64,000 nt of DNA, taken from NCBI RefSeq assembly GCF_964194025.1, contig NC_134475.1, positions 67,518,001-67,582,000 on the forward strand, given 5' to 3'. Shown one piece after another: positions 13,701-25,200 of the stretch. The DNA comes from Convolutriloba macropyga. Taxonomy: Eukaryota. Made by a program: the position numbers and the translations under genes. The first letter of the stretch is position 1; each line of letters starts with the position of its first letter. The notes below the pieces were generated by a model, which was given only the letters and a program-made list of their open reading frames with translations, searched no databases and had not been told where the DNA came from.

Positions 13701-14662
13701 TCATGAAGGAACACTCAATTCATTTCCTTAAAGTTTTTATGTGGTCTGATTCTACAACAGTTATACAGTGGATAAGATCGAGCAACGAGAAACAGCCTAC
13801 TTTTGTTGCAAACAGAGCAGCAGAAATACACGACACTTCAACTGTGGACGAATGGCACCACGTGGAAGGTGCTAAGAATCCAGCCGACCTTGGAACAAGA
13901 GGTCTCAGCTTCGATGACATAGCCAACAGTAATTGGATCAAGGGTCCAGATTGGCTGCTAAAACCGATCTTGTTAAACGAAGATAATCGGCTACCAGCCC
14001 AGCAGGATATGAATGTTCAAGTTTACGTGGCAAACGAAGTAATTGGTGTAGTCGATTGGAAACGATTCAACCAATACAACCGATTGAGGCGAACAATTGC
14101 TTGGATTTTATCACTTGCCAGAAAGAACTCTGAAGTGTATTCACTACTAGAAGAAGCTGCACAACTGATTTGGAAATTAGTTCAGCTGGAATTCTATTCT
14201 AAAGAAATTGATGACTTGAAATCCAAGAAAACAGTTTCTTCAAACAGCAAAATTGTTTCCTTATCTCCATTCATTGATTCTAACGGTGTCCTGAGAGCAA
14301 AAGGACGACTGAGGATAACTAATTTTCCATTCGAGACAAAACACCCTGTTATTTTGCCTAGGAAACATAGAGCAGTCGAATTGTTTCTGAGCTATCAGCA
14401 CAAAATTTTTCATCAGGAAGGGGTGGAGTATATTCGGAACGAAGTACAGAAGAAATTTTGGATATTTGGACTAAGAAGCGCGCTGAGAGCAGTGAAACAC
14501 AATTGTGTAACATGTCGACTGTTTACTAGCGGTAAAAGTCCGCAGATGAGTAATTTACCGACAGACCGAGTGACGAATAATGTCCGACCATTCACAAATA
14601 CCGGTGTCGATTATTTCGGACCGTTTGAAGTAAAGATGTTCAGACGTACAATAAAGAAGTAG
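10775..14662 (+). CDS. BEL/Pao gag-pol polyprotein (DUF1759 gag, zinc knuckles, aspartic protease, RT, RNase H, integrase N-terminus), ended by a premature TAG
   Basis: LPKLKLREFDGNPLDW; CCHC knuckles; DTGS; YMDD; HVFGDAS; KARVAP..TIPKLEL; NPADLGTRG; GVDYFGP. Confidence 0.9.
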   Translation: MSPRDNGYNIFSTPTINSNRSLPKLKLREFDGNPLDWPEWSGVFLSTIHSSSISRDKKMSHLKTLLVGKAKRAVNGMGYSVTMYDQAWNTLQRKFGLPHHIVSSQLAKIQNFPQVRLSDLSSLIEFADTVSTFVNILQQFGYSNDLFSSSNLDIAVSKLPLDTKRRWFAFIEAPTKARRIANLVEFNNWLQEEAQVHERLVHCAPTSSKFETQTTKFGKKPDFKKIPKPSESAFSSNDDKTRTENKCPIDGSNHRVWNCDKFKNIKIDERYNVAKEKKLRFCCLADNHAAKDCPRKINCGVDGCEKTHNKLLHYKKRSENLKPINKTEVTNLTSNVESIRGLMQIARVRIFGDEGQFEDTLVVCDTGSTQTWVDKDLLEKLELRGEPVSLNVTGNHGTQITTCRAVQATIGPANCMQDKGKLLTIHSQKNLEIGTSVYNVQEMKEKYPYLKCVGFKQIDLKKVAIILGQNAYELIRPVEYKNGGENKPWAIKLPLGWTVSGPVPINQLKLSAACHVANDNDMKLAEVFKKWWDMESYGTLKVADKRTEEDKLATEVLNSTIKINGERYEVGLLWNGEQAALSNDFSSALGQLRGLQRRLQTDELLKVKYTETINSDLSKGYISILSSSHLAATINQQVWFVPHHPVLKPHKPDKVRRVCNAASKFRGKSLNDMLLAGPDLLASLIGILARFRENRYALSAYVEEMFLQVEVKPEDRKFLRFLWSDENDQLVTYQYNRHIFGAKSSQTCANFALQRCATDNSENSDRASYIACHNFYMDDLLVSLLSREEAADVKAELIALLAKGGFKLTKWATNFDEDEVHDKALTILGLEWKNKTDTLKVCRGLQFKPENYWTQRKVLSIVSSVFDPLGFLAPFVIRGRIILKAYGRQEDNNETHLSTRTSVISSQIESNELHVFGDASEDAFCAVAYLVTENNQSERKVSFIIGKARVAPVKHHTIPKLELMAALTGNRLKDTIMKEHSIHFLKVFMWSDSTTVIQWIRSSNEKQPTFVANRAAEIHDTSTVDEWHHVEGAKNPADLGTRGLSFDDIANSNWIKGPDWLLKPILLNEDNRLPAQQDMNVQVYVANEVIGVVDWKRFNQYNRLRRTIAWILSLARKNSEVYSLLEEAAQLIWKLVQLEFYSKEIDDLKSKKTVSSNSKIVSLSPFIDSNGVLRAKGRLRITNFPFETKHPVILPRKHRAVELFLSYQHKIFHQEGVEYIRNEVQKKFWIFGLRSALRAVKHNCVTCRLFTSGKSPQMSNLPTDRVTNNVRPFTNTGVDYFGPFEVKMFRRTIKK

Positions 14663-15490
14663 GTGTGTCTCTTTACCTGCTTGAGTGTTAGAGCTGTTCA
14701 TCTGGAACTGGTTGACAGCTTGGACACTGGAGCTTGCATTGGTGCTGTTCATAGGTTCATTGCAAGAAGAGGTCAACCTCAGTCAATAGTCTCTGACAAT
14801 GGAACAAATTTTGTTGGAGCGGCTAGAGAGTTCAAGGAAGCCTTCCAGGAGCTCAGGAAAGACGAAATAGCAAGTAGACTGGCAGAGGAGAGCATCAAGT
14901 GGACCTTCAACCCGCCTGCAGCTCCTCACTTTGGAGGTGTATGGGAACGTCTTGTGAAATCTTGCAAGAAAGCTTTGTACAATGTTCTCGGCAAACAGAG
15001 CTTAACTGAAGACAGACTTCGCACAGTACTCTGTTTAGTTGAGCAATTAATGAACAACCGACCACTTACGGATGTTAGTGGAGATGTCACCGATTTACAG
15101 CCACTGACACCAAACCACTTTCTGATAGGTCAAATTAGCATTAATTGGCCAAATGCGTTGTTTTCTGGAATTACTGCAAGTTACAGAAAGCTGTTCAGAG
15201 GTCAACATAGCATCCTAGTTGCCGTACGGAACCGTTGGATGTCTGAGTATTTGCCAAGCCTACAACAGAGGACGAAGTGGGCCAAGGAGGAACTTATCGA
15301 ACCAAAAACTGGAGACCTGGTTTGGATAGTCGATAAGAATGTGCATCCATTCAACTTCCCGTTAGGAAGAATTCAAGAAGTTCATAAGAGTGACGACCAA
15401 ATAGCCCGATCAGCGCTAGTAAAAACTGCAACGGGTAGCTACAAAAGACCTATTGTGAAGTTGATCACTGTAAATAGTGACCGCAAGTGA
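14663..15490 (+). CDS. BEL/Pao integrase core and C-terminus (same frame as the preceding ORF)
   Basis: CLFTCL.VRAVHLE; SDNGTNFVGA; PHFGGVWERLV; LTPNHFL; PLGRI. Confidence 0.9.
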   Translation: MCLFTCLSVRAVHLELVDSLDTGACIGAVHRFIARRGQPQSIVSDNGTNFVGAAREFKEAFQELRKDEIASRLAEESIKWTFNPPAAPHFGGVWERLVKSCKKALYNVLGKQSLTEDRLRTVLCLVEQLMNNRPLTDVSGDVTDLQPLTPNHFLIGQISINWPNALFSGITASYRKLFRGQHSILVAVRNRWMSEYLPSLQQRTKWAKEELIEPKTGDLVWIVDKNVHPFNFPLGRIQEVHKSDDQIARSALVKTATGSYKRPIVKLITVNSDRK

Positions 15491-15529
15491 TGTTATTTTT
15501 GGATTTGTGACCAAAAACTGGGCCGGCGA

Positions 15530-16039
15530 TGTTGCGGTCAAAACTAATACCTTAACTTTTTCATATCAAATTATTAGATCGTTTTATGATAAGTCTATAG
15601 CTAGGCCCTCTACCGGCAATTCTCATCTATTAGAGCGACGGAATCGGGTCAAGTTCGATCAATGTTGAATTTTTTAATATAGAAATAATGTAAAAACATA
15701 CTAAAATGTTGGAAGAAATAATATTTAACCTTGGTGCAAGAGCTTCAAGGTCTTTGGTGTATATTTCACATATGTACTCTCATTCCCTTATGCGTTGCTT
15801 TTTTTTCAATAGTTGTCATCTCAAGGTCACAACTTTTGATTCCGATAGTCGGATGACCTTGAAAAAGTGCTGTACTTTTGAAGTGCTCTAGCTCCTAGGG
15901 ACTTGAGTTTAGGACTCTGAAAGGGGGGGTTGGGCATACTTTTCACTTGATACTCTAACCATTGGTGCTAGTCTCGATGCTCATTTCGTTCATCGACTTT
16001 GCAACTTTACCCTGAACGGCATATTTTCCCTTTTTTCAA
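15530..16039 (+). repeat. 3' LTR of BEL/Pao element 1 (truncated at ~510 bp)
   Basis: About 14 differences from 8417-8927 by eye; preceded by the purine-rich GGGCCGGCGA. Confidence 0.9.
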
Positions 16040-19000
16040 TCATGGGAAATAACTTCATGGGTAATAGTAATAATCACCATGTTAAATTTTTCAGAGCTAT
16101 TAAATTATGACTATTCGCTGATTCTCATTAATCAAAATGCACTCCAAGATTTATTTTCCATTTTTACGTTTGTTTTTCGGCTCGCCCCGATTACTTAATT
16201 TTCGATTTGAAACTTAAGCTAGGCATTATCAAAAATGCGAAAGCTCCCATGACCATTGTTATGTTTGAAATATTATCAAAAGCTTGAGCCGCTTGCAAAT
16301 TTGTTTTCGGTTTCGCTCAACCAAGTATTTTTTACGCCTCCTGCTTACAAATTATATGTAGTTATATAACAGTTGCAATGTAAAAACAGCACGTTTGTCA
16401 GGGGAGTAAACGATTTCAGCCTTATAAGCTGAAGGGGGGGGGGAAACAGAAGAGATCCTCATTTTCAATAGAAAGCTTTAAATATTGACGTTTTTAAAAG
16501 AACGAACGAACAAATCTGTCCCAATAGTTCGATGGCTAACAACTAAAAAAAAATAACCGAATAACGTCGCAAAAATTATTCTCAGACGACCATTGGATGC
16601 TAAAAAACTTATCGCAGCCATCATAAAATTTCTAATTGAAAAGCAACATTTTTGGATAAATTTTGTCATTGAAAACATCATTGAAATCAAATTATGTTTG
16701 AATAAATGTTTGACTTAAAAAATCAAGCGAAAGAATAAAAAACGAAAATTGCGAAACAAAAAAAAACATAGAAAGACAATTCCTGAAATACAATCTAAGG
16801 AAATAAATGAAAAACTAAACTACTTTACTGGACCCGCAAAACACACTGAATAATGCCAACTAGACAAAAACTTGAACAAAAATATGTGCCTTAATGAAGT
16901 TCTTTTGAACTTATATACAAAAAATCAAACTTTATCTATGATACGCTTTAACCTAGAAAAATTCGAGACAGATGCAACTCAATCAAACAATAATCAATTC
17001 TTTTGTGAACGTTGTCAAATTTCGCAATCAAAAAACTCAAATCATGTCGCATATAGTCAAAAAATTTTCTTGTCTGCTGATTTTATTGCCAGTAACCACT
17101 CTGCAGGACCTAACGAAGTGCGCTGCGTCTAAAGGATCGATAAACTCAATAAACCAAAAAAAATTATAAATACAAGTAAACTACCTAATTTAGCGAAGAG
17201 CTGCAAAACTTCTGAAAATTATTATCTGAGTGACCGTTCAATTCCCGCTAACAAAAAGGCAGTAGCCTATTAAGAAAACCTAGAAGAGTTTCACTTGCCC
17301 CTGAAGATAGAAAAACTCGGACAATAGAAAAAATTATGTCAATAAACTTTGTTGAAAAATTTCCAAAATAATGATATTCAAAACAGTCTTTAATTTGTTT
17401 TTAAACGCCCTTATTTCTCGCCAAAGATCAATCAAGAGCCGATTTTCAAGCTCAAAATTGTATCTCCTGACTAAGTCCCCAAAACTCAAAAAAAAGAAAA
17501 CAAGTTTTTTTTAAAAAAAAACACAATAATAAAAATTACTATCAATTTGCGTGTTTAAGATTGCATTGCTATGACATATAGCTCAAAAAGGGACTTACAA
17601 ATTAACTTTGTACTGCAAAATGCCTTTATTAACTTGGACAAACGTTATTTCGAGTCAAATTGCGCAAAACTTGAAAAAAATGCATTTCAGACCCAAAGTC
17701 CTGAAAATGGCCGTTTCACTTGAATTTAGGTCCTTCCACCAACTTCAGTACTCCCTTTGATATTACGTGAACTTTTGGTATTACCTATTTGTTCCTTTTC
17801 GGAAGATCGAAATCATGGAAAATTGACTTAAAAGAATCTTAAATAGACAGCTCCAATACAACCCAATTGGTGGATTGTGGAAAGCCAACAGCAGCAAAAT
17901 TTAGGTATGATCAGTCTACAGCTACCCAGCTACAATAGAATTAAAAACAGATAGCAGATTGTCGGAAGGGCGTCCAACTACATTTGGGTGCCGTGTGATA
18001 CAGATATAAGTTTGAAAAATTGCTGGCGCCGCTCCAAAAGCTATCGAAAAACATTTAGAGATTAATTAATCAAAAAACTTGTTAAAATTCGTTCCTCAGA
18101 AGCTGTTTTTATTAGGGACCTTTTTAAAAAATATATGCGTGCCTTTGCCAACTTAATTTAAGTTAAGTTTAAAAGTCCAAGTCATTTTTATTGAGTTCGG
18201 CAAATCAAGTGTAATAAAAATCTAATCTCTCAAATAACCCGAAAACTTTCGCCGCAGCGAGAGAGAGAAATGACGTAATTCACGCAAACACCGTTAGTGC
18301 GAGGAAAAAATCATTCAGAAAATGTGACACTTTCAGCTTTGATGTAAAAAAAAATGGAGCACGTCATCAGATGAAAACACTAACACCACAATATAGCTCA
18401 GCAGAGCTTCCACCTTTGCAACTGTACTAAAACCTTGGACGTCACTTCAAACAAAAGAAAACTTGACTTAATGTTCAACTCTAATTACTGATGCTTGTTG
18501 CAACAATTGTTAATGCTTGTTCAGAAATTTTTTCAGAGGCATCATGAATAAAATTGATTGGTTTAAATTTCGCGAGTCTGGAGTATCAGAATGAAACACC
18601 GAAAACATATATGCTTGAAACTTTTTTTGTTTTCTCAGTTTCAGTTCTTACGCCCATTCGTCAAAATCATGTCAGTTATTTGTTGCTTCTAGCATGCTAA
18701 AGTGGTCAAGCAGCAAGTTCTAGCAGCAAGTTTTTAGAAAATACTGTTTGTTTAAGCTGTGAAATTTGTTTGCGAGTCATCGCAATTGTTGAAGTCTCAG
18801 TCTTTGCCAAAATTGTGCTGGCTTGAAAAATTCTGTGCTACACAGTCTCGCACGAGCCTTCTTTTTTTCTATTAAGTCCTGGTTCTCACTAACGTTCTCC
18901 AACTTGAGATACTCATTGGAAAACAGAAAGTAGTCACAGGTTGTCTCTCAATTAAAAATTATCTTCCCTTTTGCCTTTTTTTCATGTTTTATTTCATGTA

Positions 19001-19171
19001 TCTGCTGAACTCAATTAAAGAGATCTTAAAAGACTTTCAATTAAACTTCTGATCGTAGCAAAAATATAAACAGAAATATATAGCATATTACAACACAGAA
19101 AGAAACTACATTTACAGTTGGGAAACTAATAAATATACAGTATTGTACAATTATTTACAAGATTTCACCAT

Positions 19172-19226
19172 CTATGATAGAGTTAATGCAGACTCCTTCA
19201 GCTTGTCGGACACATAGGCATTGTTT
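19172..19226 (-). CDS. SCLT1: SCLT1 last coding exon (NNAYVSDKLKESALTLS*)
   Basis: tttttag acceptor, phase 2 matches exon 15, TAG at 19174-19172. Confidence 0.65.
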
Positions 19227-22200
19227 CTAAAAAATATATATCCTTTGAGAATACATCTACATAACGAAAAAACTTTATTTGAATATAACACAACCAAATT
19301 ATGTCGAGAAATGCTCTTAAGCGACCGGTTAGCTTTGGTAGTAGTCAGCTTGTTTAGGGGAGGGTAACAACGGAGGGGGCATTAGGGGGGGGGGGGGTTC
19401 CATTGGAGTGAGGGGGGGGGGTTCAACGGGAGTGCGGGGATTGGAGAGAGTGTGGGGTCCATACCGCCGAAAACCGTCCTTTAGAATGATTTTGTCCTCT
19501 CAGTAGCTTCGATGAATTGAACTTATGAGAGTAGTAAGGCTGTGAGAGAGCTCCTCAGCCACATAATGACCACCGGTCTTTACCTGTTTCTCTCGTTTTT
19601 GAGGACAAAATGTCAAAAGTGCCCGACAAAATAGGTCAGACGAAAAATTGATTAAAACAAACTTTGTTTGAGAGCACTTTAAAAAGACTCTCAACACCCA
19701 AATAATTACAAAGCACTTCGTTTGAGAGCAAAAGGAATGATATCATATATTAGTTCTTTTTGAAAAGCGCAAATCTTAATGCTATGCAGTAATTCTAGCC
19801 ACTAATTTTCAAATATTTTGACGACGAGGAAACAGTTCCTAATATCTTTTGATTTAACCTGAACCTCCTTCATGAGCAGAGTATATCATCATTTCTAATA
19901 TTTACTCAATTCATTCAGTTTTGGGGGCATTGATTGGCGAAGGGTAGGTAAAGAAAAGATAGCTAACAACGTGTTGTTAATTCTAAGCTGGTCCATTTCG
20001 TTAGAGATGCGTAAATTGTCATTTGTGAGTTGTCTCTCCCTCTTGACCACTTGTGCCAACTGATCTTGACAGAGTGAGAGTTGTCTCTGTGCCTCCAACA
20101 TCTGTTCATGAGTCCTACTCTTTTCACTCTGCATCTTACAATACTGCTTCTCCATCTAAACACAAAACGGTCCAGCAAACATTTTGTACAGAAGACACAT
20201 ATTTACAATAAATGCTTCAAACTTTGTTCGAGAGTAATTAATAAATACCGGCGGTGCAATACAATTGCGATAGGCTTTATTACCTCAGCTTTCTTCCGTT
20301 TAGTCTCCGCCAACAACTCGTTCAATTCATCCACTCTCTTCTTATGCACTGTAAGGTCTTCCTTCATCTCTAGCATCGCATTCTCACACTTCTGTTGCAA
20401 AGTGTTCGATTGTTCACGCCACCTGTCAAACATATCAAAACTAAGTCACAGTAGTGACGTCAGTTAGTAATTTTTGAATTTAAAACAAATTCAAAACTCA
20501 GCTGAAGTTGTACATCAATCATAACAATCGCACATAAATCATAACAATCGCGGTACGTCCAACACTGACTATTATTTTCATATGCCAACAATTATCAATG
20601 CCCAGGGCCCTTAGTATGTTTGTTCATCTGATCAATTAAATGAGAACTGAAAAAGAAACAGAGCCGTTATCCTATGATGCACTAACTTTGCCCCCAGCTG
20701 TTGTTGTTGAATCAACATCCGTTGCAGCTCCTGGATTGCGTGGTGGTGACATTCTTCCATACTCTCAATCCTGGCCTCGTACTCTGTCACTCTCAGCTCC
20801 AAGTCCTGCTCTGCACTTGCAACCTAAGTCACAAATTCACAAGCAATTGCTCGATTGTTTTGATAATAGCGTTTTCGTACTTCAAAATGTTGTTAAGAGC
20901 ATTCCTGATTCAAAAAAAGATTCAAAAAGGCCACTGTGATTCCGTTATTCAAAGAAAGAAATTCCTCTGATGCCAATAGGTATAGACCAATGTCATTACT
21001 ACCAGAAATTTTGAAAATTTTTGAAAAATGTTTTGACAGGATGGCCAGGCTTATAACTCAAAAAAATCCGTTTCATGATAGTCAGTTTAGATTCAGACGA
21101 AAATTGGGCAAAATAGAAACAAAATACTGGTGGAAACTATAGAAATAATCTGGCTATCCTGCAAAAAACCATGCTGTTTCAATCGACCTAAGAAAACCTT
21201 TGATAAAGTGGACCATAATTTGCTATTGAATTAACTATACAAATGCGATTCCGTGGTCAAATAAACCAATTGTTTAAGTATTACAAGAGCAACAGATTGC
21301 AGAAAATTGAAATTGTAGGACCGAGATCAGTTGTAAAGACCCTTAAAAAGGGTGTAGCACAACGATCCATAACCAGACGATTTTATTCATTGCTCTCAAA
21401 CAAAATTTCTGGCAATTATAGTCCTAAGTTCTTTTTATGCAAGTTTTCAATTTCTTGTATAACCCTTGTTTTTTCGTCCTCACAAACGGGATAAAGTTTT
21501 AAATCCCAGAGGAATTAGGTTCTTTAAGGGCCTTTAAGCTAAACAGAAATAAGTATGCTCTTCACCCAAACTTTTGGAGACACTCATGATGTGAAGGGCA
21601 GTTCTGGAAATTCCAGTCCCAGTCTTTGCACTGTTCCCAATGACCTTGGGAACTCGAGAAAAGCATGACATTTGCTGATGATTAAAACTACCGCCAAAAA
21701 CCTGAGAGTTACTCTTTCCCAAAAACATCTGACAAGAAGTCGCAACCAAATATGAGCAACCAAAAGTCTAGAATATATGTTTCACTACATAATTTGGAGA
21801 CCTACCTCCGTGATTAAGAAACATAGTCTGCCTTCTGAAACGGAATATTTTTAAAACAAAGAGGGTGACATCACCCCCCCCCCCAAGGACAAAGAGACAA
21901 AGAAACCGTGGATCTTTTCCATCCGAAACCGTACCAAGTGTCCGAATTCAATGGGTTCTTAGACCAATACTGATCACGACGAAGACAATCAGCAGCAAAA
22001 AAGCCCCCCAAGACGATTTTTTTTTTGGTCTCAGACGTCACCAAAGACGAGGAGATTTTCTTCAAGGGTTCCAGATGTCACCCGACCAAGAAGGCCTGAC
22101 TTTTTTTTTGGTTGCAGACGTCACCAAGAGATGATCGCCCGAGGTTCCAGACGTCACCTCAGAAGTCCCTTCCCCGGTTAGACGTATCAAAAAAAACTTG

Positions 22201-25200
22201 AATTTTTTTGCGACAAAAATCTCAAAAACATGAAAATTGTCCCCCAGCGAGCTTTTGTCGATGCTTTATGAAAGAAATAGCCATGAGAAACCACATGTCA
22301 GCATTTAGCAGCAAAAAGAAACACATAGATTGTACGAAAAACGATATAGCCTTTTTTGGATCAGAAAAATTCAAAAACATTTTTCTGAATTTGTCGCAAA
22401 AAATCTACATAAGAGTAAATTTAGTAGTTGAATAGAACACCTCAGTTGGACCTTAAATTGACTTTTTTAAAGTCTAGTTGTTTATGTAAAATTTTTGCAC
22501 AAAAAACGAAAAAGTCGCTAAAGTGCTTTTTTGAGGGTCAAAAATCAAAAAACGTTATCCCAACATTTTAATGGAAAATTTTTAATAAATCCAAGAAAAC
22601 CTATTGATTGGGCCCCCTCAGTTTGCTATAATACAAGTTTTAAAGTTAGTTTATGGACTTTGCTTTTTAGCAAAGAGACAACGAGAATTTGGCAAAAATT
22701 GCTTCTTTGACTTTAAAAATTCAAAAAACGTTTTCTTGACGTTATGATATAAACTATTAGTAGATCCAAGGAAACCTATTGATTGGGCCCCCTCAGTTCG
22801 CTATAATACAAGTTTTAAAGTTAGTTTATGGACTTTGCTTTTTAGCAAAGAGACAACGAGAATTTGGCAAAAATTGCATCTTTGACTTTAAAAATTCAAA
22901 AAACGTTTTCTTGACGTTATATAAACTATTAGTAGATCCAAGAAAACCTATTGATTGGGCCCCCTCAGTTTGTTATTATACCAGTTTTAAAGTTAGTTTA
23001 TGGGTTTTGCACTTTAACAAAGAGGCAACTAGAATTTGGCAAAAATTGCATTTTTGACTTTAAAATTCAAAAAACGTTTTCTTTACGTTATGATATAAAC
23101 AATTAGTAGGTTCAAGAAAACCTATTGATTGGGCCCCCTCAGTTTGTTATTATACCAGTTTAAAGTTAGTTTATGGGTTTTGCGCTTTAACAAAGAGGCA
23201 ACTAGAATTTGGCAAAAATTGCATCTTTGACTTTAAAAATTCAAAAAATGTTTTATTTAAGTTATGATATAAACAATTAGTAGGTTCAAGAAAACCTATT
23301 GATTGGGCCCCCTCAGTTTGTTATTATACCAGTTTTAAAGTTAGTTTATGGGTTTTGCACTTTAACAAAGAGGCAACTAGAATTTGGCAAAAATTGCATC
23401 TTTGACTTTAAAAATTCAAAAAACGTTTTCTTTACGTTATGATATAAACAATAAGTAGGTTCAAGAAAACCTATTGATTGGGCCCCCTCAGTTTGTTATT
23501 ATACCAGTTTTAAAGTTAGTTTATGGGTTTTGCACTTTAACAAAGAGGCAACTAGAATTTGGCAAAAATTGCATCTTTGACTTTAAAAATTCAAAAAACG
23601 TTTTCTTTACGTTATGATATAAACAATTAGTAGATCCAAGAAGACCTATTGATTGGGCTCCCTCAGTCTGCTATAATACAAGTTTCAAACTTAGTTTATC
23701 CATTTTGCATTTCAATAAAGAGGCAACATAAAATTGGCAAATTTGCTTCTTAGACTCAAAAAACTCAAAAAAAAAACTTTTCTTGAAGTTTTGATAGATA
23801 CAATCAGTAGATCTAAGAAAACCTTTTCATTGAACCCACTCAGTTTGTTATAATACAGGCTTCAAAATTATTATTTCGATTTTACTTATAGAAAAGAGGC
23901 AACATAAAATTGGCAAAATTGCTTCTTTCACTCAAAAAAAAATTAAAAACGTTTTCCGAAAGTTTTGGTTAAAACATTTATTAGTCCCAGAAAACCTGTT
24001 GATCGCACCCCCTCAGTTTATTTCAAAGCAAGCTGATAAATAAATTTTGTCACTTTTGCAAAACTTTATTCTTAAGAAAACCAGACAATCACATTTTTGC
24101 TTTCAATTTGTGCATACTACTAGCCGCGCGCTTAGTTAATGGGGTAGTATGCACTGAAACAACTTCAAAAAAAAAAAACAAAAAAGAGGAAATATTAAGA
24201 ACATTTTTCTCATTAGATCAAAAGCAAGAAAATCAATAGCTCGAAATATTTCCCCACTTAAATTTGCTCACACAAATACTTCCTTGAGGATAACTCAAAC
24301 GTCTCTTCCTTTTTTGTCCGCGGTCTCAGAAGTTGCCGAAAGAAGTCCCTTTGCCCCTCTTTTTGGTCTCAGTAGTCACCAGATAGAAGGAGAGAGTATT
24401 TTCGGTGTCAGTAGTTACCATAGTAGATGATCTTCAAAACTTAGTGTCAGCAGTCACAAGGGCGGAAGAAATTCTCAAAGTAAAGATTTCAAAAGTTTTG
24501 AAAAGAAAACAAAAAGCAAGCAGTTCAATTTAAGAGGAAAGAATTTCAAACGAGCCCCAGTACAAGTCGAGTTGTCTTGTCTGCTTGTCTGTAGCTCACG
24601 TTGCCTATTCGCACCGCAAAAAAAACTTTTAAACATTTTCAACACAGGTACTAAGCAGTAGCAGCCTCTAAGCATTTTTTTGTTCCTTTTTCAAAAAAAA
24701 CGTTTTGTACTTGTAAAAGATTGTAACAACAAAACTATTCAAGAGCCATACACTTATTATACTCATAAGGAAAGCTTAATTTCCCCAAGTTTTAGCAATT
24801 ATTTGGTCGTGTTTATTGAAATAACGAAACAAGCGCGCGCACACGTTTATTTTTCTTTTTTTTTTTTGATAAAACAAGCTAGATTTAGCACAAAAAAAAC
24901 AATAGGATTCTATTTTTCAGAAAAGTTGCGTCGTATTTTTAACAACAAAAACTGGGGCTGATTAGCCTCACAGTGTCATAATTATTGTTTTTCGACTTTG
25001 AAATTTGCGTCGCTCCGGTTTCGAAGCCGTTTTTTACCTGTTAGTACGAAAAAGACCAACAAGAGCAAGATGACAAAGAAGAACAGTCAAAGTTGTCAGT
25101 ACGCCTTAAACAAATTCAAAATTGCAGAGCTGAGTTTGAAAAGCAAGCTGGACCTCTTACAATCTGCTATTGATCAGCGAAAGAGTTTCAGATCACTCAC

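Larger units (their letters stand above)
8417..16039 (+). mobile_element. BEL/Pao LTR retrotransposon 1 (near full length, 3' LTR truncated)
   Basis: Direct repeats 8417-8927 and 15530-16039; gag-PR-RT-RNaseH-IN domain order; PBS-like TGGTCC at 9575. Confidence 0.95.

Noticed and set aside
10795-14776. Short antisense ORFs within the BEL elements (also 25413-31592)
   Set aside because: Shadows of the sense pol frame with no recognisable domains; no env-like ORF seen.
16600-17300. Possible further LINE remnant (SAGPNEV and similar)
   Set aside because: The motifs are too degenerate to support a feature.
22500-24060. CRISPR-like array
   Set aside because: Whole 175-bp units repeat with no unique spacers, there are no cas genes, and the context is eukaryotic.
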